Shown in pieces: positions 27,648-37,361 of a stretch of 64,000 nucleotides of DNA. Position 1 is the stretch's first letter, and every line of letters begins with the position of its first letter. The position numbers were made by a program, and so were the translations under genes. The notes below the pieces were generated by a model that was not told where the DNA came from, ran no database searches, and saw nothing but the letters and a program-made list of their open reading frames with translations. The DNA comes from Nitrososphaerota archaeon (GTDB lineage: Archaea > Thermoproteota > Nitrososphaeria_A > Caldarchaeales > Caldarchaeaceae), in assembly GCA_041641305.1 (NCBI GenBank), contig JBEPYN010000002.1:448001-512000 (forward strand), read 5' to 3'.

Positions 27648-28574
27648 CTATGTCTCCTTGACACACCTGTTCCTCAACAGCCCAACCTTCTCAATCTCTG
27701 CCTCCACGACATCTCCGTCCTTTAGAAACTGTTTGCCAGCGGCCGCAACGCCGGCGGGCGTTCCCGTGGCTATGATATCGCCGGGCTCAAGGGTTAATCC
27801 GTCGGAGATATACTCTATCAGTTCACCGATTTTGAAGAACATTTCATCTGTGGAACCGTTCTGACGCACTTCTCCGTTGACCTTCAACACCAGCTTGAGC
27901 GGATACGGGCTGCCTACTTCGTCTCTTGTGACGAGGTAGGGGCCGCATGGCGCTGCTGTGTCGAGGCTTTTGCCGAGTATCCAGTTTTGTCCGAAGGGGT
28001 TCAGCTTCTCCGGCCACCCTGGCGGGAGCTGTTTATCACGGAAGCTTACATCGTTGAAAACCATGTAGCCTGCTATGTATTCTTCCGCCTTATTCGCAGA
28101 AATGTACTTTCCTTTTTTACCGATTACGACAGCGAGCTCTATCTCGTGGTCCACCATGGTTGAGGTACGGGGGATGATTATGTTTTCCCCGTGCCCGATT
28201 AAGCTGTTGCCGAATTTTCCGAAGAAATACGGCTTCTCGGGGACGGTGACCTTCATTTCTTGTCCGTGTAGCACGTAGTTGGCTGCGACGCATAAAATCT
28301 TCTTTGCATCAGGAACAGGGGCCTTGAAAACTATCTCAGATTCTTTGTAGTATACGGGTTTGCCATCTCCAAACTCCGCCGCCTTTTTTCTGAGCTTCTC
28401 CACAAGTCTCGCAGCTTCTTCACCTGCTGTTAATAGGCTTCTCATGGAGTAGAGCCAGCGCGGAGCATCCTCGCCATAAACCAGCCTGTAGGCGGTAGCA
28501 AGGTCTAGCACACCCTTGTCAGTTAACAGCCCAACCCTTCTCTCCTCACATTTTTCAAAAGACAGTAGCTTCAT
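27648..28574 (-). CDS. Fumarylacetoacetate hydrolase family protein
   Basis: DHEIELAVVIG, NDVS.RD.Q, GKSLD, PGDIIATGTP. Confidence 0.93.
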   Translation of the reverse strand: MKLLSFEKCEERRVGLLTDKGVLDLATAYRLVYGEDAPRWLYSMRSLLTAGEEAARLVEKLRKKAAEFGDGKPVYYKESEIVFKAPVPDAKKILCVAANYVLHGQEMKVTVPEKPYFFGKFGNSLIGHGENIIIPRTSTMVDHEIELAVVIGKKGKYISANKAEEYIAGYMVFNDVSFRDKQLPPGWPEKLNPFGQNWILGKSLDTAAPCGPYLVTRDEVGSPYPLKLVLKVNGEVRQNGSTDEMFFKIGELIEYISDGLTLEPGDIIATGTPAGVAAAGKQFLKDGDVVEAEIEKVGLLRNRCVKET

Positions 28575-28659
28575 TGGCGACCTACTCGCCACAAGCTAGT
28601 ATATCAGTTATTTCTTGAGAAAAAGAAATAAGCCCCTAAACCTTTTTGGTCATGGCGTT

Positions 28660-30144
28660 ATGCAGGTTCAGGAGTTTTTGGGTCTTTCGTTTGGAAGGCT
28701 GCGTCACTTTGTTAACGGAGAGTGGATAGACTCGCGGACGGAGGTCTGGAGACCTGTGTATGATCCGGGTGCGGGACGGGTTATAGCCGAGGTTCCTTAT
28801 GCAACTGATGAGGAGGTCAACGCTGCTGTTGAGGCTGCTGCAGAAGCTTTTGAGAAATGGAGCCGTCAACCTTTCCTCGAACGCGTAAAATACCTTTTCC
28901 AGATGAAGCGTGTCCTAGAGAACCGTTTTGACGAGTTGGCGGCGATCAACACTCTCAACCATGGGAAGACTCTTGAGGAGAGCCGTGGAGACTTGCGGAG
29001 AGCGATTGAGAACGTGGATGCAGCTATTGCGACGGTCTACACGTTGGCGAAGGGTGAGATGATGCATGAGATTTCACCGCGGATTGATGAGTATTCTGTG
29101 AAGGAGCCTCTTGGAGTGTTCGCGGTCATATGTCCATTCAACTTCCCCATCATGATTCCTTTCTGGTTTTTCCCATACGCCATCGTTTTGGGCAATACTG
29201 TTGTGATAAAGCCCAGTGACATAACCCCTGTGCCGATGACACGTGTGATGGAGGTTCTTCAGGAGGAGGTTAAGCTTCCTCCCGGTGTCATAAACCTTGT
29301 CCACGGCGGAAAAGAAACTGCGGAAGCACTCGTCAAACATCCTGAGGTTAAAGGTGTTTGTTTTGTCGGCTCGACACCTGCTGCCAAGAATATCTACAGG
29401 TTAGCGGGTGAGCATGGGAAGCGCTGCATAGCTCAGGGTGGTGCGAAAAACTACATCGTCGTAATGCCTGACGCAGACATGGATGTGACGCTACCTGCCA
29501 CGGTGTCCAGCTTCTTCGGCAACACGGGCCAGAGATGCCTCGCTGGAAGCAACCTTCTCGTCGTCGATAAAGGGTTTAAGAAAAATTTTCTGGACAAGTT
29601 TGCGCGGCGTAGCAAAGAGCTCGTGATAGGACATGGTCTTTTGCATGGTGTTGAGATGGGGCCTCTGGTGAGCAAGGCCGCTCAGACGCGTGTAAAGAGC
29701 TATGTTGAGAAAGGTGTTGAAGAGGGTGCGAGGCTTTTGTTGGACGGTACAGAGGTGAGGGTGCATGAGTTTCCCGACGGATTTTACCTTGGAGCAAACA
29801 TTTTCGACGAAGTAACGCCAGACATGACCATCGCCAGGGAGGAGATATTCGGGCCAGTTGCATCTGTGATAACAGCGTCCAGCATCGACGAAGCCATCGA
29901 AACAATCAACGCGAAGACAGAATATGGAAACATGGCGTGCATCTTCACATCAAACGGCTCAAACGCATCAAAATTCATCAAATACGTCAACGCCGGAAAC
30001 ATCGGCGTAAACATCGGCGTAGCAGCTCCAGCGGCATACTTCCCCTTCGCAGGCAGAAAAAACAGCTTCTACGGAGTGTTACATGGCCAAATGGATTCCG
30101 TCGACTTCTTCACCGACAAAAAAGTCGTGGTGACACGTTGGTGA
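28660..30144 (+). CDS. mmsA: CoA-acylating methylmalonate-semialdehyde dehydrogenase
   Basis: PFNFPIMIP, FVGSTP, GGAKN, GQRCLA, EEIFGP. Confidence 0.88.
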   Translation: MQVQEFLGLSFGRLRHFVNGEWIDSRTEVWRPVYDPGAGRVIAEVPYATDEEVNAAVEAAAEAFEKWSRQPFLERVKYLFQMKRVLENRFDELAAINTLNHGKTLEESRGDLRRAIENVDAAIATVYTLAKGEMMHEISPRIDEYSVKEPLGVFAVICPFNFPIMIPFWFFPYAIVLGNTVVIKPSDITPVPMTRVMEVLQEEVKLPPGVINLVHGGKETAEALVKHPEVKGVCFVGSTPAAKNIYRLAGEHGKRCIAQGGAKNYIVVMPDADMDVTLPATVSSFFGNTGQRCLAGSNLLVVDKGFKKNFLDKFARRSKELVIGHGLLHGVEMGPLVSKAAQTRVKSYVEKGVEEGARLLLDGTEVRVHEFPDGFYLGANIFDEVTPDMTIAREEIFGPVASVITASSIDEAIETINAKTEYGNMACIFTSNGSNASKFIKYVNAGNIGVNIGVAAPAAYFPFAGRKNSFYGVLHGQMDSVDFFTDKKVVVTRW

Positions 30145-30239
30145 ACAGTTGTCCCCCGCCACTAACTCACCGCTTCATAGACGGGCGTTGCACCGTGTCT
30201 CGAGCGGAGCTTAAGGTGTGGCGGGGGCGTATAATATCT

Positions 30240-31913
30240 CTACTCGGCCCGATATAGTTGTTGCATCGTGTATAGTTTATCTAATTCTATTTCGAAGATG
30301 GCTACTGGCATCTCTATGCCGAAGTTTTCCAGAACCGTGGGAGAAACCTCGCCGACGACACCCACTTGTGTACCGTCGAATGTGAGAGCTGCGCATCTCC
30401 CCTCTATGAATGTTCCCATGGCTTCTGGAACGTATTCGGGTTTTAGCTGGAGAAGTTTGAAGAGCTCGTCGAGGACGCTTTTGACCTCGCTGTGGCCTGC
30501 TTCTGCGTGTGCCGTTGCTGCGGCGAGCTTCTTCATCCTCACGGTTTTCTCGGCGGCTGATGGCTCGATGTATATGATGTCGCCGATCTCGAAGATTTTC
30601 TGGGGATATAGGTTGTCTGTGTTGTTTGCGAGGGTTGTCAAAAGTGAGGGGATGAGGGATGTTCTGACCATGGTGTATTCGCGTGTGGCTGGGTTTGCGA
30701 GTATGACATGCTGTGTATCACCTAGGCCAGACATTTGATAGTGTGTTTGCTCGTTTGTTAGCATGAGGTTGTGGACTTCGGTGTAGCCGAGGCCCAGCAT
30801 GATTTCGGCTACTTTTTCGTAGAAAGTTGTTTGAGGCCTTAGAGAGCCATATGTGTTTGACTGAGGGCTGACGGGTGTCATGTTGTTGTATCCGTAGGCG
30901 ACCGCGATGTCTTCGACCAAGTCGACGGGGTGGAGAATGTCTGCACGATGCCGTGGATAAAATACTCGTAGCCTTTTCCCTTTTACACTTGCCTGCATAC
31001 CCATCCTACGCAAAAGCTTCGCCGCCTCCCTCGGCGAAAGCTGCAATCCTGTCAACTTCTGCACCAGCGTCATGTCCAGCATCATCTCGAGAGGTTTAGT
31101 CTCAGGTGTGTAGAAGGATTTCCGTCCATACACGACCCTTACGCGCTGAACTTTCCCGCCAGCGTCTGCAAATGCTTCGGCGAGAATGTTTAGGGCTTGG
31201 TTTACTTTTTCCATGTCTGTGCCAGTTACGTCGATGAAGATGTCTCTTTTGCCAGGTGTGAGCTCGGTTATGGAGGCGTTTACGATGGGCGGCATCGAGA
31301 AAACCTGTCCACGGCTGTCGACGATGACAGGTGCTTTGGCGGCGTCTTTCAGCAGCCAGGCATGTTTCCGGCCTATCTCGCTCTTGGACAACACCTCACC
31401 CGGTGTCATAGCACGGTAATCCTTGAGTGGGACAAACCTAACCTCATCCATTCCGACAGCCTTGTATGTAAATGGTGGAGATATGGCTGAAAGGTCATGT
31501 AGCCCGATAGCCATTTTCCTCCTGTTTCGGCCGATCACCCAGTGAAGATCCTCCTGCATCGCAATAAACTCGACAAGCTCTGCCTCTGAGAGCTCCACGT
31601 TTCTAACCACTGCGCAGACGATGTAGGGCCTGATGTCTTCGACGCTTCTGTCCACGTAGACGCTTATCCCCGAGAGTGGATAGCTTCTTTTTCTCAGGCC
31701 GGCCTCTATTCCGAGATAGCCTCGGAGAGCCGCTGCAACACCGTAGACGCTTGAGAAATCGGGCCTGTTGGGGTTGTATTCCACACGTAGGATGTCGCCT
31801 ACTTCCTCGACGCTCATGCCTAGGGCTGCCAAGTAGTCGGATATTTCCTCGAGTGTAAGGTCTCTGCCCACGAGACGACGAAGCTTCGCAACGTCTATGT
31901 TTACGACCGGCAT
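30240..31913 (-). CDS. pheT: Phenylalanine--tRNA ligase beta subunit
   Basis: NPNRPD, QEDLH..GRNR, HRADILH.VDLVED. Confidence 0.96.
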   Translation of the reverse strand: MPVVNIDVAKLRRLVGRDLTLEEISDYLAALGMSVEEVGDILRVEYNPNRPDFSSVYGVAAALRGYLGIEAGLRKRSYPLSGISVYVDRSVEDIRPYIVCAVVRNVELSEAELVEFIAMQEDLHWVIGRNRRKMAIGLHDLSAISPPFTYKAVGMDEVRFVPLKDYRAMTPGEVLSKSEIGRKHAWLLKDAAKAPVIVDSRGQVFSMPPIVNASITELTPGKRDIFIDVTGTDMEKVNQALNILAEAFADAGGKVQRVRVVYGRKSFYTPETKPLEMMLDMTLVQKLTGLQLSPREAAKLLRRMGMQASVKGKRLRVFYPRHRADILHPVDLVEDIAVAYGYNNMTPVSPQSNTYGSLRPQTTFYEKVAEIMLGLGYTEVHNLMLTNEQTHYQMSGLGDTQHVILANPATREYTMVRTSLIPSLLTTLANNTDNLYPQKIFEIGDIIYIEPSAAEKTVRMKKLAAATAHAEAGHSEVKSVLDELFKLLQLKPEYVPEAMGTFIEGRCAALTFDGTQVGVVGEVSPTVLENFGIEMPVAIFEIELDKLYTMQQLYRAE

Positions 31914-31914
31914 A

Positions 31915-33474
31915 TCACATACCCCTCATCGCTCTAAACACTTGCAAGGGTGAGACTTCTCTGAGCCATCGGAGGTCGTTGAGGTGGAAGGTTCTGATGT
32001 CCTCGAGGCCGTAGATGACCATGGCGAGTCTCTCTAAACCGAGGCCCCACGCCAGAACAGGATGCCTTACGCCGAAGGGGTAGGTTGTCTCGGGCCTGAA
32101 GATCCCTGAGCCGCCGAGCTCCAGCCACCTGCCGCCAAGCCGCACCTCAACCTCCATCGAAGGCTCCGTGTAGGGGAAATAGCTCGGCTTGAAACGTATC
32201 TCCCTTAACCCCAGGCGGCTGTAAAAATCCCGGAGAACACCCATCAGCATCCTGAGGCTGGCATCCCGTTCAACCACGATGCCCTCAATCTGGTGAAACT
32301 CCGCCAAATGCTTCCAATCCACCTTCTCGTTGCGGAAAATTCTGTCAACGCAGAACACCTTCACCGGCGGCTGCTTAACCGTCGCAAGATGTCTAATGGT
32401 CGTCGCAGTGGTGTGTGTCCTTAGAAGAAGACGCCGCGCCTCTTCGAGAGACCATCTATATCTCCAGCCTTTCGAGCCGGTGTCCCCGCCGTTTTCATGC
32501 ACTTTTTTGACAGCGTCGATGTGTTGTGGCGGAGGATCCCCCTGCTGAGGCTCCAGTAGGTAGAAGGTGTCCTGCATCTCTCTGGCCGGATGGTCCTGCG
32601 GCTGAAACAGGGCGTCAAAATTCCAGAAAGCGAGCTCGACAATCGGGCCCATAATCTCCTCAAACCCCATCTCGACATAGGCTTGTCTCACCATGCGTAT
32701 CAGCTCGGTGAGCGGATGCCTCTTGGCCGCGAAGACAGGAGGTGTTGGAGCCCTTACATCGTAGCGGCTCAGCTTCACCTCACGCCACCGACCAGCCCTT
32801 ATCAGCTCAGGCGTCAAACGAGTCACTTCAGGCACCACCGCCTCCTCGAGCTGAGAGGCGGCTTCGCGGCCCCTCTCAGTCAAAACCACTTTTCTCACAG
32901 GCCGCTCGACAAGCTTCACCACACGCTGCCTGCGCAGAAGCTCGTCAACCACTTCACGAAGCTCCCCCGCATCAGGCACCTCCATCTCTCCAAATTTTTT
33001 CAACTCAATGAGGAAATTCTCGATTTTTGTCGGCGGCGGAACAGGGCCCTTTAGCACAACAACCGTGGAGCCATCCTTTTTCGCGAACTCAACCCAGCCA
33101 CGGCGTCGCGCCCACATCAACCCTATATCCGCTCTCTCGAGAGCTCTCACCTCGTCGACAGATGCTTCGCCGCCACGCTGCTGCAGAAACTCGACAACCC
33201 TTCTCTCGGGCAAGCCCTTAACAACATACTCCTCCCCCTCTACGTCCAAGGTGACAAACTTTCTCGATGTTTTTTCCTCAACAGTCACATAGCCTTTGTC
33301 ACGAAGCCATCCACAGGCTTTAGCGACAGAAGAAACCGTAGCCACGTCGTCCCTACTCCATCCGGAAACCGTTTCCGCAACCTTAGCCGCCAACTCACCA
33401 TAAGACGCGGCTCCGCCCAGCTGATGCAACGAGCGGAGAACAGCTTTCTCAAGCCAGTGAAAAGCCTCGGTCAT
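31915..33474 (-). CDS. pheS: Phenylalanine--tRNA ligase alpha subunit
   Basis: WNFDALFQPQDHPAREMQDTF, LRTHTT, YFPYTEPS. Confidence 0.97.
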   Translation of the reverse strand: MTEAFHWLEKAVLRSLHQLGGAASYGELAAKVAETVSGWSRDDVATVSSVAKACGWLRDKGYVTVEEKTSRKFVTLDVEGEEYVVKGLPERRVVEFLQQRGGEASVDEVRALERADIGLMWARRRGWVEFAKKDGSTVVVLKGPVPPPTKIENFLIELKKFGEMEVPDAGELREVVDELLRRQRVVKLVERPVRKVVLTERGREAASQLEEAVVPEVTRLTPELIRAGRWREVKLSRYDVRAPTPPVFAAKRHPLTELIRMVRQAYVEMGFEEIMGPIVELAFWNFDALFQPQDHPAREMQDTFYLLEPQQGDPPPQHIDAVKKVHENGGDTGSKGWRYRWSLEEARRLLLRTHTTATTIRHLATVKQPPVKVFCVDRIFRNEKVDWKHLAEFHQIEGIVVERDASLRMLMGVLRDFYSRLGLREIRFKPSYFPYTEPSMEVEVRLGGRWLELGGSGIFRPETTYPFGVRHPVLAWGLGLERLAMVIYGLEDIRTFHLNDLRWLREVSPLQVFRAMRGM

Positions 33475-33511
33475 CCCCCGTATCGGCTTAACAGCCCGAT
33501 AAAAAACCCAT

Positions 33512-34150
33512 TTAGGGAATGTTAGCAGTGAAGAACGCTATTGCGGAAAAGATGTTTGCAAGAAGCGCGAGTACGATGACAGGCAACAGCAGGAGAAGAG
33601 AGTTGCCTCCGAGAAGCGCCGCCCCCGTCACCACAGCCGGGGCAGATACCGCTAGAACCAGAACAACAGCCACAAAAACCAACACAAGAATTAGCATAAT
33701 TATTCTCAACACGGCCGCTCGTCTAAACCAGACCGAGTTTAGGACCTTTGCCGCACGGAAATGTGACAACAGCTCCAGAACAACGGTGGCGAGGCCCAGA
33801 GCAGCCAAGGCCACCGCTGCCGCGAGAAAAACAGCCAAATAACCCATTATCTGTGGAAATAAAGCCGCCGCAACCGCGGAGGAGATGTCTTCGCCGCCTA
33901 ATGCAAAGGGTGCTGACATGATGACGCCGATGATGCTGCCCAAGAAGAAAACCAGAAAACCAACAGAAGTCACGAATGTAAGAACCATCAAAATCCCCGT
34001 TGCGCGGAGAAGATTCTGCCCCGTCCTAGACCCCATCTGATACCATGCAATCCCGATCAACAGCGGTGCAACAATGTTAGCCAACGGGATAATGTTCAAA
34101 ATATAGCCAACACCACCTAGAACACTCATTTCTACCCACTTGAACAACAT
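33512..34150 (-). CDS. Multi-pass membrane protein
   Basis: 212 aa, highly hydrophobic, internal repeat-like halves. Confidence 0.75.
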   Translation of the reverse strand: MLFKWVEMSVLGGVGYILNIIPLANIVAPLLIGIAWYQMGSRTGQNLLRATGILMVLTFVTSVGFLVFFLGSIIGVIMSAPFALGGEDISSAVAAALFPQIMGYLAVFLAAAVALAALGLATVVLELLSHFRAAKVLNSVWFRRAAVLRIIMLILVLVFVAVVLVLAVSAPAVVTGAALLGGNSLLLLLPVIVLALLANIFSAIAFFTANIP

Positions 34151-34200
34151 GACCCCCTATAAGGCTTTAAATCATTCTCGGCAGAGATAATTTTTGGATA

Positions 34201-35385
34201 ATGGCTGAGGACGGCGACAGGCTTCTAATCATAGTTGTTGACAGGGATGATGACCTTGGGGTGAAGACTGGGATAAGTGGCCCCGTTGTTGGGAGAGAAG
34301 CTAATCTGGATGCTGCTGTGCGGCTTGCCTTGGCTGACCCAGAGGACCCAGACGCCAACGCTCTCTTCTACGCCGTCAAGCTCTATGATCAGCTGACCCG
34401 GAGCAGAACAGGTGTGGCGATTGAGGTCGCCACGCTCACAGGTTCCCCGAAGGAGGGGCTCGAGGCTGACATGAACATTTTCAACCAGCTCCGCGAGGTG
34501 CTGGAAAAATTTCCCGCTCAGAGCTGCATATTCGTAAGCGACGGCGAGACAGATGCGATAGTTACACCCATAATCTCTTCACAGGTGGCGATATCCTCGG
34601 TTCAGCGGGTCACCGTCAAGCAGAGTCAGACGGTTGAGCAGTCGTGGCTCATTCTTGGTAAGTATCTGCGGCTTGGTATAACCGACCCGCGGTACGCCAA
34701 GTTCATCATAGGCATACCAGGCGGCTTCATCGCGCTCTCCGCGCTCCTAAGCATCTTCGGACTGGCCCAGCCCTCCATCCTACTTCTCTTCCTCGGCCTA
34801 CTTCTGTTCCTCTGGGGCTTCAGGATAGACATTCATCTCTCGCGTTTCTTCACAGGCTTCTACAGAATATCTCAGATGCCGGCAATCGGTCAGATAAGGG
34901 CATTCGCCTACCTTGGCGCGGGAGCGTCTCTGCTCATCGGGCTGTACCTCGGATTATCATCCTCCTACACAACCTACGTCTCCCTCAACCTGTCGACTGG
35001 ACAGATAAATGACCCGGCGATACTTCTGCCCACAATACTCCGGCTCTCAGGGGTTTTCATTAGCCAGAGCATCGACTTCATAGCGATCAGCGCGATACTC
35101 GTGGTTCTCTCCAACATGATATACTACTACATCATAAGATACTATGGGTTCTGGAGAACCATTCACGCAGGTGTTCTCTCGATATGGCTGTGGGCCCTAC
35201 TCAAACGGGCGGGAGTTCTTCTTCAGCAGCCGCAGCCAGCGACGATAACCGAGAGCTCAACATTCCTATTCATTCTCACGGCGGTGATGGGTGTGGTGAC
35301 GCTGGGAGTGACTTTTGCGATGACACGGGTGCTTCGCTCAATCTATGGAAAACAGTTCAGAAAAGGAACAGCCAAGAAACAGTGA
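34201..35385 (+). CDS. DUF373 membrane protein
   Basis: VDRDDDLG.K, LADPED.DAN, VSDG..D, V.VKQS; adjacent to uppS. Confidence 0.85.
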   Translation: MAEDGDRLLIIVVDRDDDLGVKTGISGPVVGREANLDAAVRLALADPEDPDANALFYAVKLYDQLTRSRTGVAIEVATLTGSPKEGLEADMNIFNQLREVLEKFPAQSCIFVSDGETDAIVTPIISSQVAISSVQRVTVKQSQTVEQSWLILGKYLRLGITDPRYAKFIIGIPGGFIALSALLSIFGLAQPSILLLFLGLLLFLWGFRIDIHLSRFFTGFYRISQMPAIGQIRAFAYLGAGASLLIGLYLGLSSSYTTYVSLNLSTGQINDPAILLPTILRLSGVFISQSIDFIAISAILVVLSNMIYYYIIRYYGFWRTIHAGVLSIWLWALLKRAGVLLQQPQPATITESSTFLFILTAVMGVVTLGVTFAMTRVLRSIYGKQFRKGTAKKQ

Positions 35386-36175
35386 CCCGGCTTTGTTGAA
35401 AAAACTTCTCCAGCTAACAGGTGTTTACTGGGTATATGAGAAATGGCTTTTGAGAAACGTTTCCTCGGGGCAGATGCCTAGCCATGTTGGGCTTATTCTC
35501 GACGGTAACAGGAGGTGGGCGAGGAGCCGCGGGTGGCCGCCTTGGAAAGGCCACGCAGCAGGAGCGGATAAGGTCGAGGAGATTCTTGACTGGCTGCTGG
35601 ATCTGGGCATAAAAACCGTGACACTCTATATTCTCTCCACAGAGAACCTGAACCGTCCCATGCACGAGGTTGAGGAGATATTCAGGCTGATTGAGGAGAA
35701 GGCCTACTCTCTTCTTAGAGACCCGAAGATATACAAGCACCGCGTTAAGGTCAAGGTCATCGGCAGAAAGGACATGCTTCCCACAAATGTTGTGAAGGCG
35801 CTTGAGAAGCTTGAGCACGCGACTGAGATGCATGACAACAGGTTCCTCAACCTCGCAATAGCGTATGGAGGCCGGCTGGAGATACTTGAGGCTGTTAGAC
35901 AGATTGCGGAGCAGGTGAAGATGGGCCAGCTATCTCCCGAGCAAATCGATGAAAAAACTATCGAGAAACATCTTTACACGAACGGTGTACCCAACCCTGA
36001 GCCTGACCTCATCATAAGAACGTCTGGCGAGACACGTATAAGCAACTTTCTGCTCTGGCAATCTGCTTACAGCGAGTTTGTCTTCCAAGACGTGAACCTA
36101 CCAGACTTCAGATATATCGACCTTCTCCGAGCAATACGCATATATCAAAACAGGGAACGTAGGTTCGGGCTCTAA
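35345..36175 (+). CDS. uppS: cis-prenyltransferase (polyprenyl diphosphate synthase)
   Basis: ILDGNRRWA, STENL.R, YGGR, IIRTSGE.RISNFLLWQ. Confidence 0.96.
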   Translation: MENSSEKEQPRNSDPALLKKLLQLTGVYWVYEKWLLRNVSSGQMPSHVGLILDGNRRWARSRGWPPWKGHAAGADKVEEILDWLLDLGIKTVTLYILSTENLNRPMHEVEEIFRLIEEKAYSLLRDPKIYKHRVKVKVIGRKDMLPTNVVKALEKLEHATEMHDNRFLNLAIAYGGRLEILEAVRQIAEQVKMGQLSPEQIDEKTIEKHLYTNGVPNPEPDLIIRTSGETRISNFLLWQSAYSEFVFQDVNLPDFRYIDLLRAIRIYQNRERRFGL

Positions 36176-37260
36176 CCAACCTCCATCTCAGTATCCGCAT
36201 CAGTCAACTTCTCCACACCTCTCGAGGTTACAAGATATATGTCGGAGACGGATAAACCGTATCTGCCTGGGAGAAGCAGGTCTGGGCCTACACATACTAC
36301 GGCCCCCTCGCGTATAATGTCGGTGCTCGCCGAGTCGATGAAGGGATGCTCCTCAGCTTCGAGACCCACACCCCGTCCGAATAATGTTAGAGATGTGGGG
36401 TCGAGGCCAATCTCCATCGCGAAAGCTCTTGCTCTATCATATATGGAGACGGCTGAGGACCATACAGAGAGAAGTGAGCTGATGTGCTCTTTTAGACGGA
36501 TTAGCTGTTGATAAGTTTTCTTGATTTTTTCCTGTGATTTTTTGTAGAAGTAGGTGCGTGAAATTTGTGATATGTATCCTTCGACTGATGCTGATAAAGT
36601 TATCTTAACGAGTTCGCCTTCTCTTATTCCCCGGTTTGCTGGGCTGTCTATGTTGAGGAAGGTGTCTTCGCCGATGGATATGTGGGGGCTGTATGGGAGG
36701 TCGGCTTCGAGGCGGTAGATGTTGTCGGCCAAGGCTCGCCTAATATCCGAAGCCGTGGTTCCTCCGGCGATAACTTCTCTGACGATATCCATGGCGAAGG
36801 AGGCGATTGATGAGGCTTTGCGGATAAGCTCTATCTCGCGCTCGGATTTGCTCTGCCGCTGTTCATAGACAAGGTCTTTGACACAGGTGAGCGAGAGGGA
36901 TGGATAGTTCTTGATGATTGATTGATAGGTTTCGGCAGGCATGCTGTCGTAGCCAACCGCCATCCTCCTGTCACCTATGTACTCAAACACCGTTGGATAG
37001 ATTTCTCTGCGGCCGAGTCTCTCAACGATGTGTATTCGGCTGGCCAGAGGAGTGTTAACGGGGGTGTTTGAGAAGATGCTGACTGTGCCGTCCACGGTTA
37101 TCAGCAGCATCCCGTTCTGTGAACCTGTAAAGTATTGTACGTTGGATTGCTTGGAGAGAATAACCGCTTCCACAGGTGAGCTTCTAAGCCGGGAAAGAAA
37201 CCTCTCCAACCTGTCTTCATAAGGGTGCTCGCTCAACGGTGGAAAACCAGTAGAATCCAT
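36172..37260 (-). CDS. M24 peptidase-fold protein lacking metal ligands (pseudo-enzyme)
   Basis: Creatinase-N plus M24 architecture (KS..EIELIRKA, GYISQISRT, GRGVGL, GPDL, GLSVSD). Confidence 0.8.
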   Translation of the reverse strand: MDSTGFPPLSEHPYEDRLERFLSRLRSSPVEAVILSKQSNVQYFTGSQNGMLLITVDGTVSIFSNTPVNTPLASRIHIVERLGRREIYPTVFEYIGDRRMAVGYDSMPAETYQSIIKNYPSLSLTCVKDLVYEQRQSKSEREIELIRKASSIASFAMDIVREVIAGGTTASDIRRALADNIYRLEADLPYSPHISIGEDTFLNIDSPANRGIREGELVKITLSASVEGYISQISRTYFYKKSQEKIKKTYQQLIRLKEHISSLLSVWSSAVSIYDRARAFAMEIGLDPTSLTLFGRGVGLEAEEHPFIDSASTDIIREGAVVCVGPDLLLPGRYGLSVSDIYLVTSRGVEKLTDADTEMEVG

Positions 37261-37361
37261 ATTTATGCATCGTCGTGTTTTACCCCCGTAATTGGGGCAT
37301 ATCACCCATCTCCTCATCCTGAGGCATGTTGATAAACATCCCTTTACGCTGAATTAGGCGG

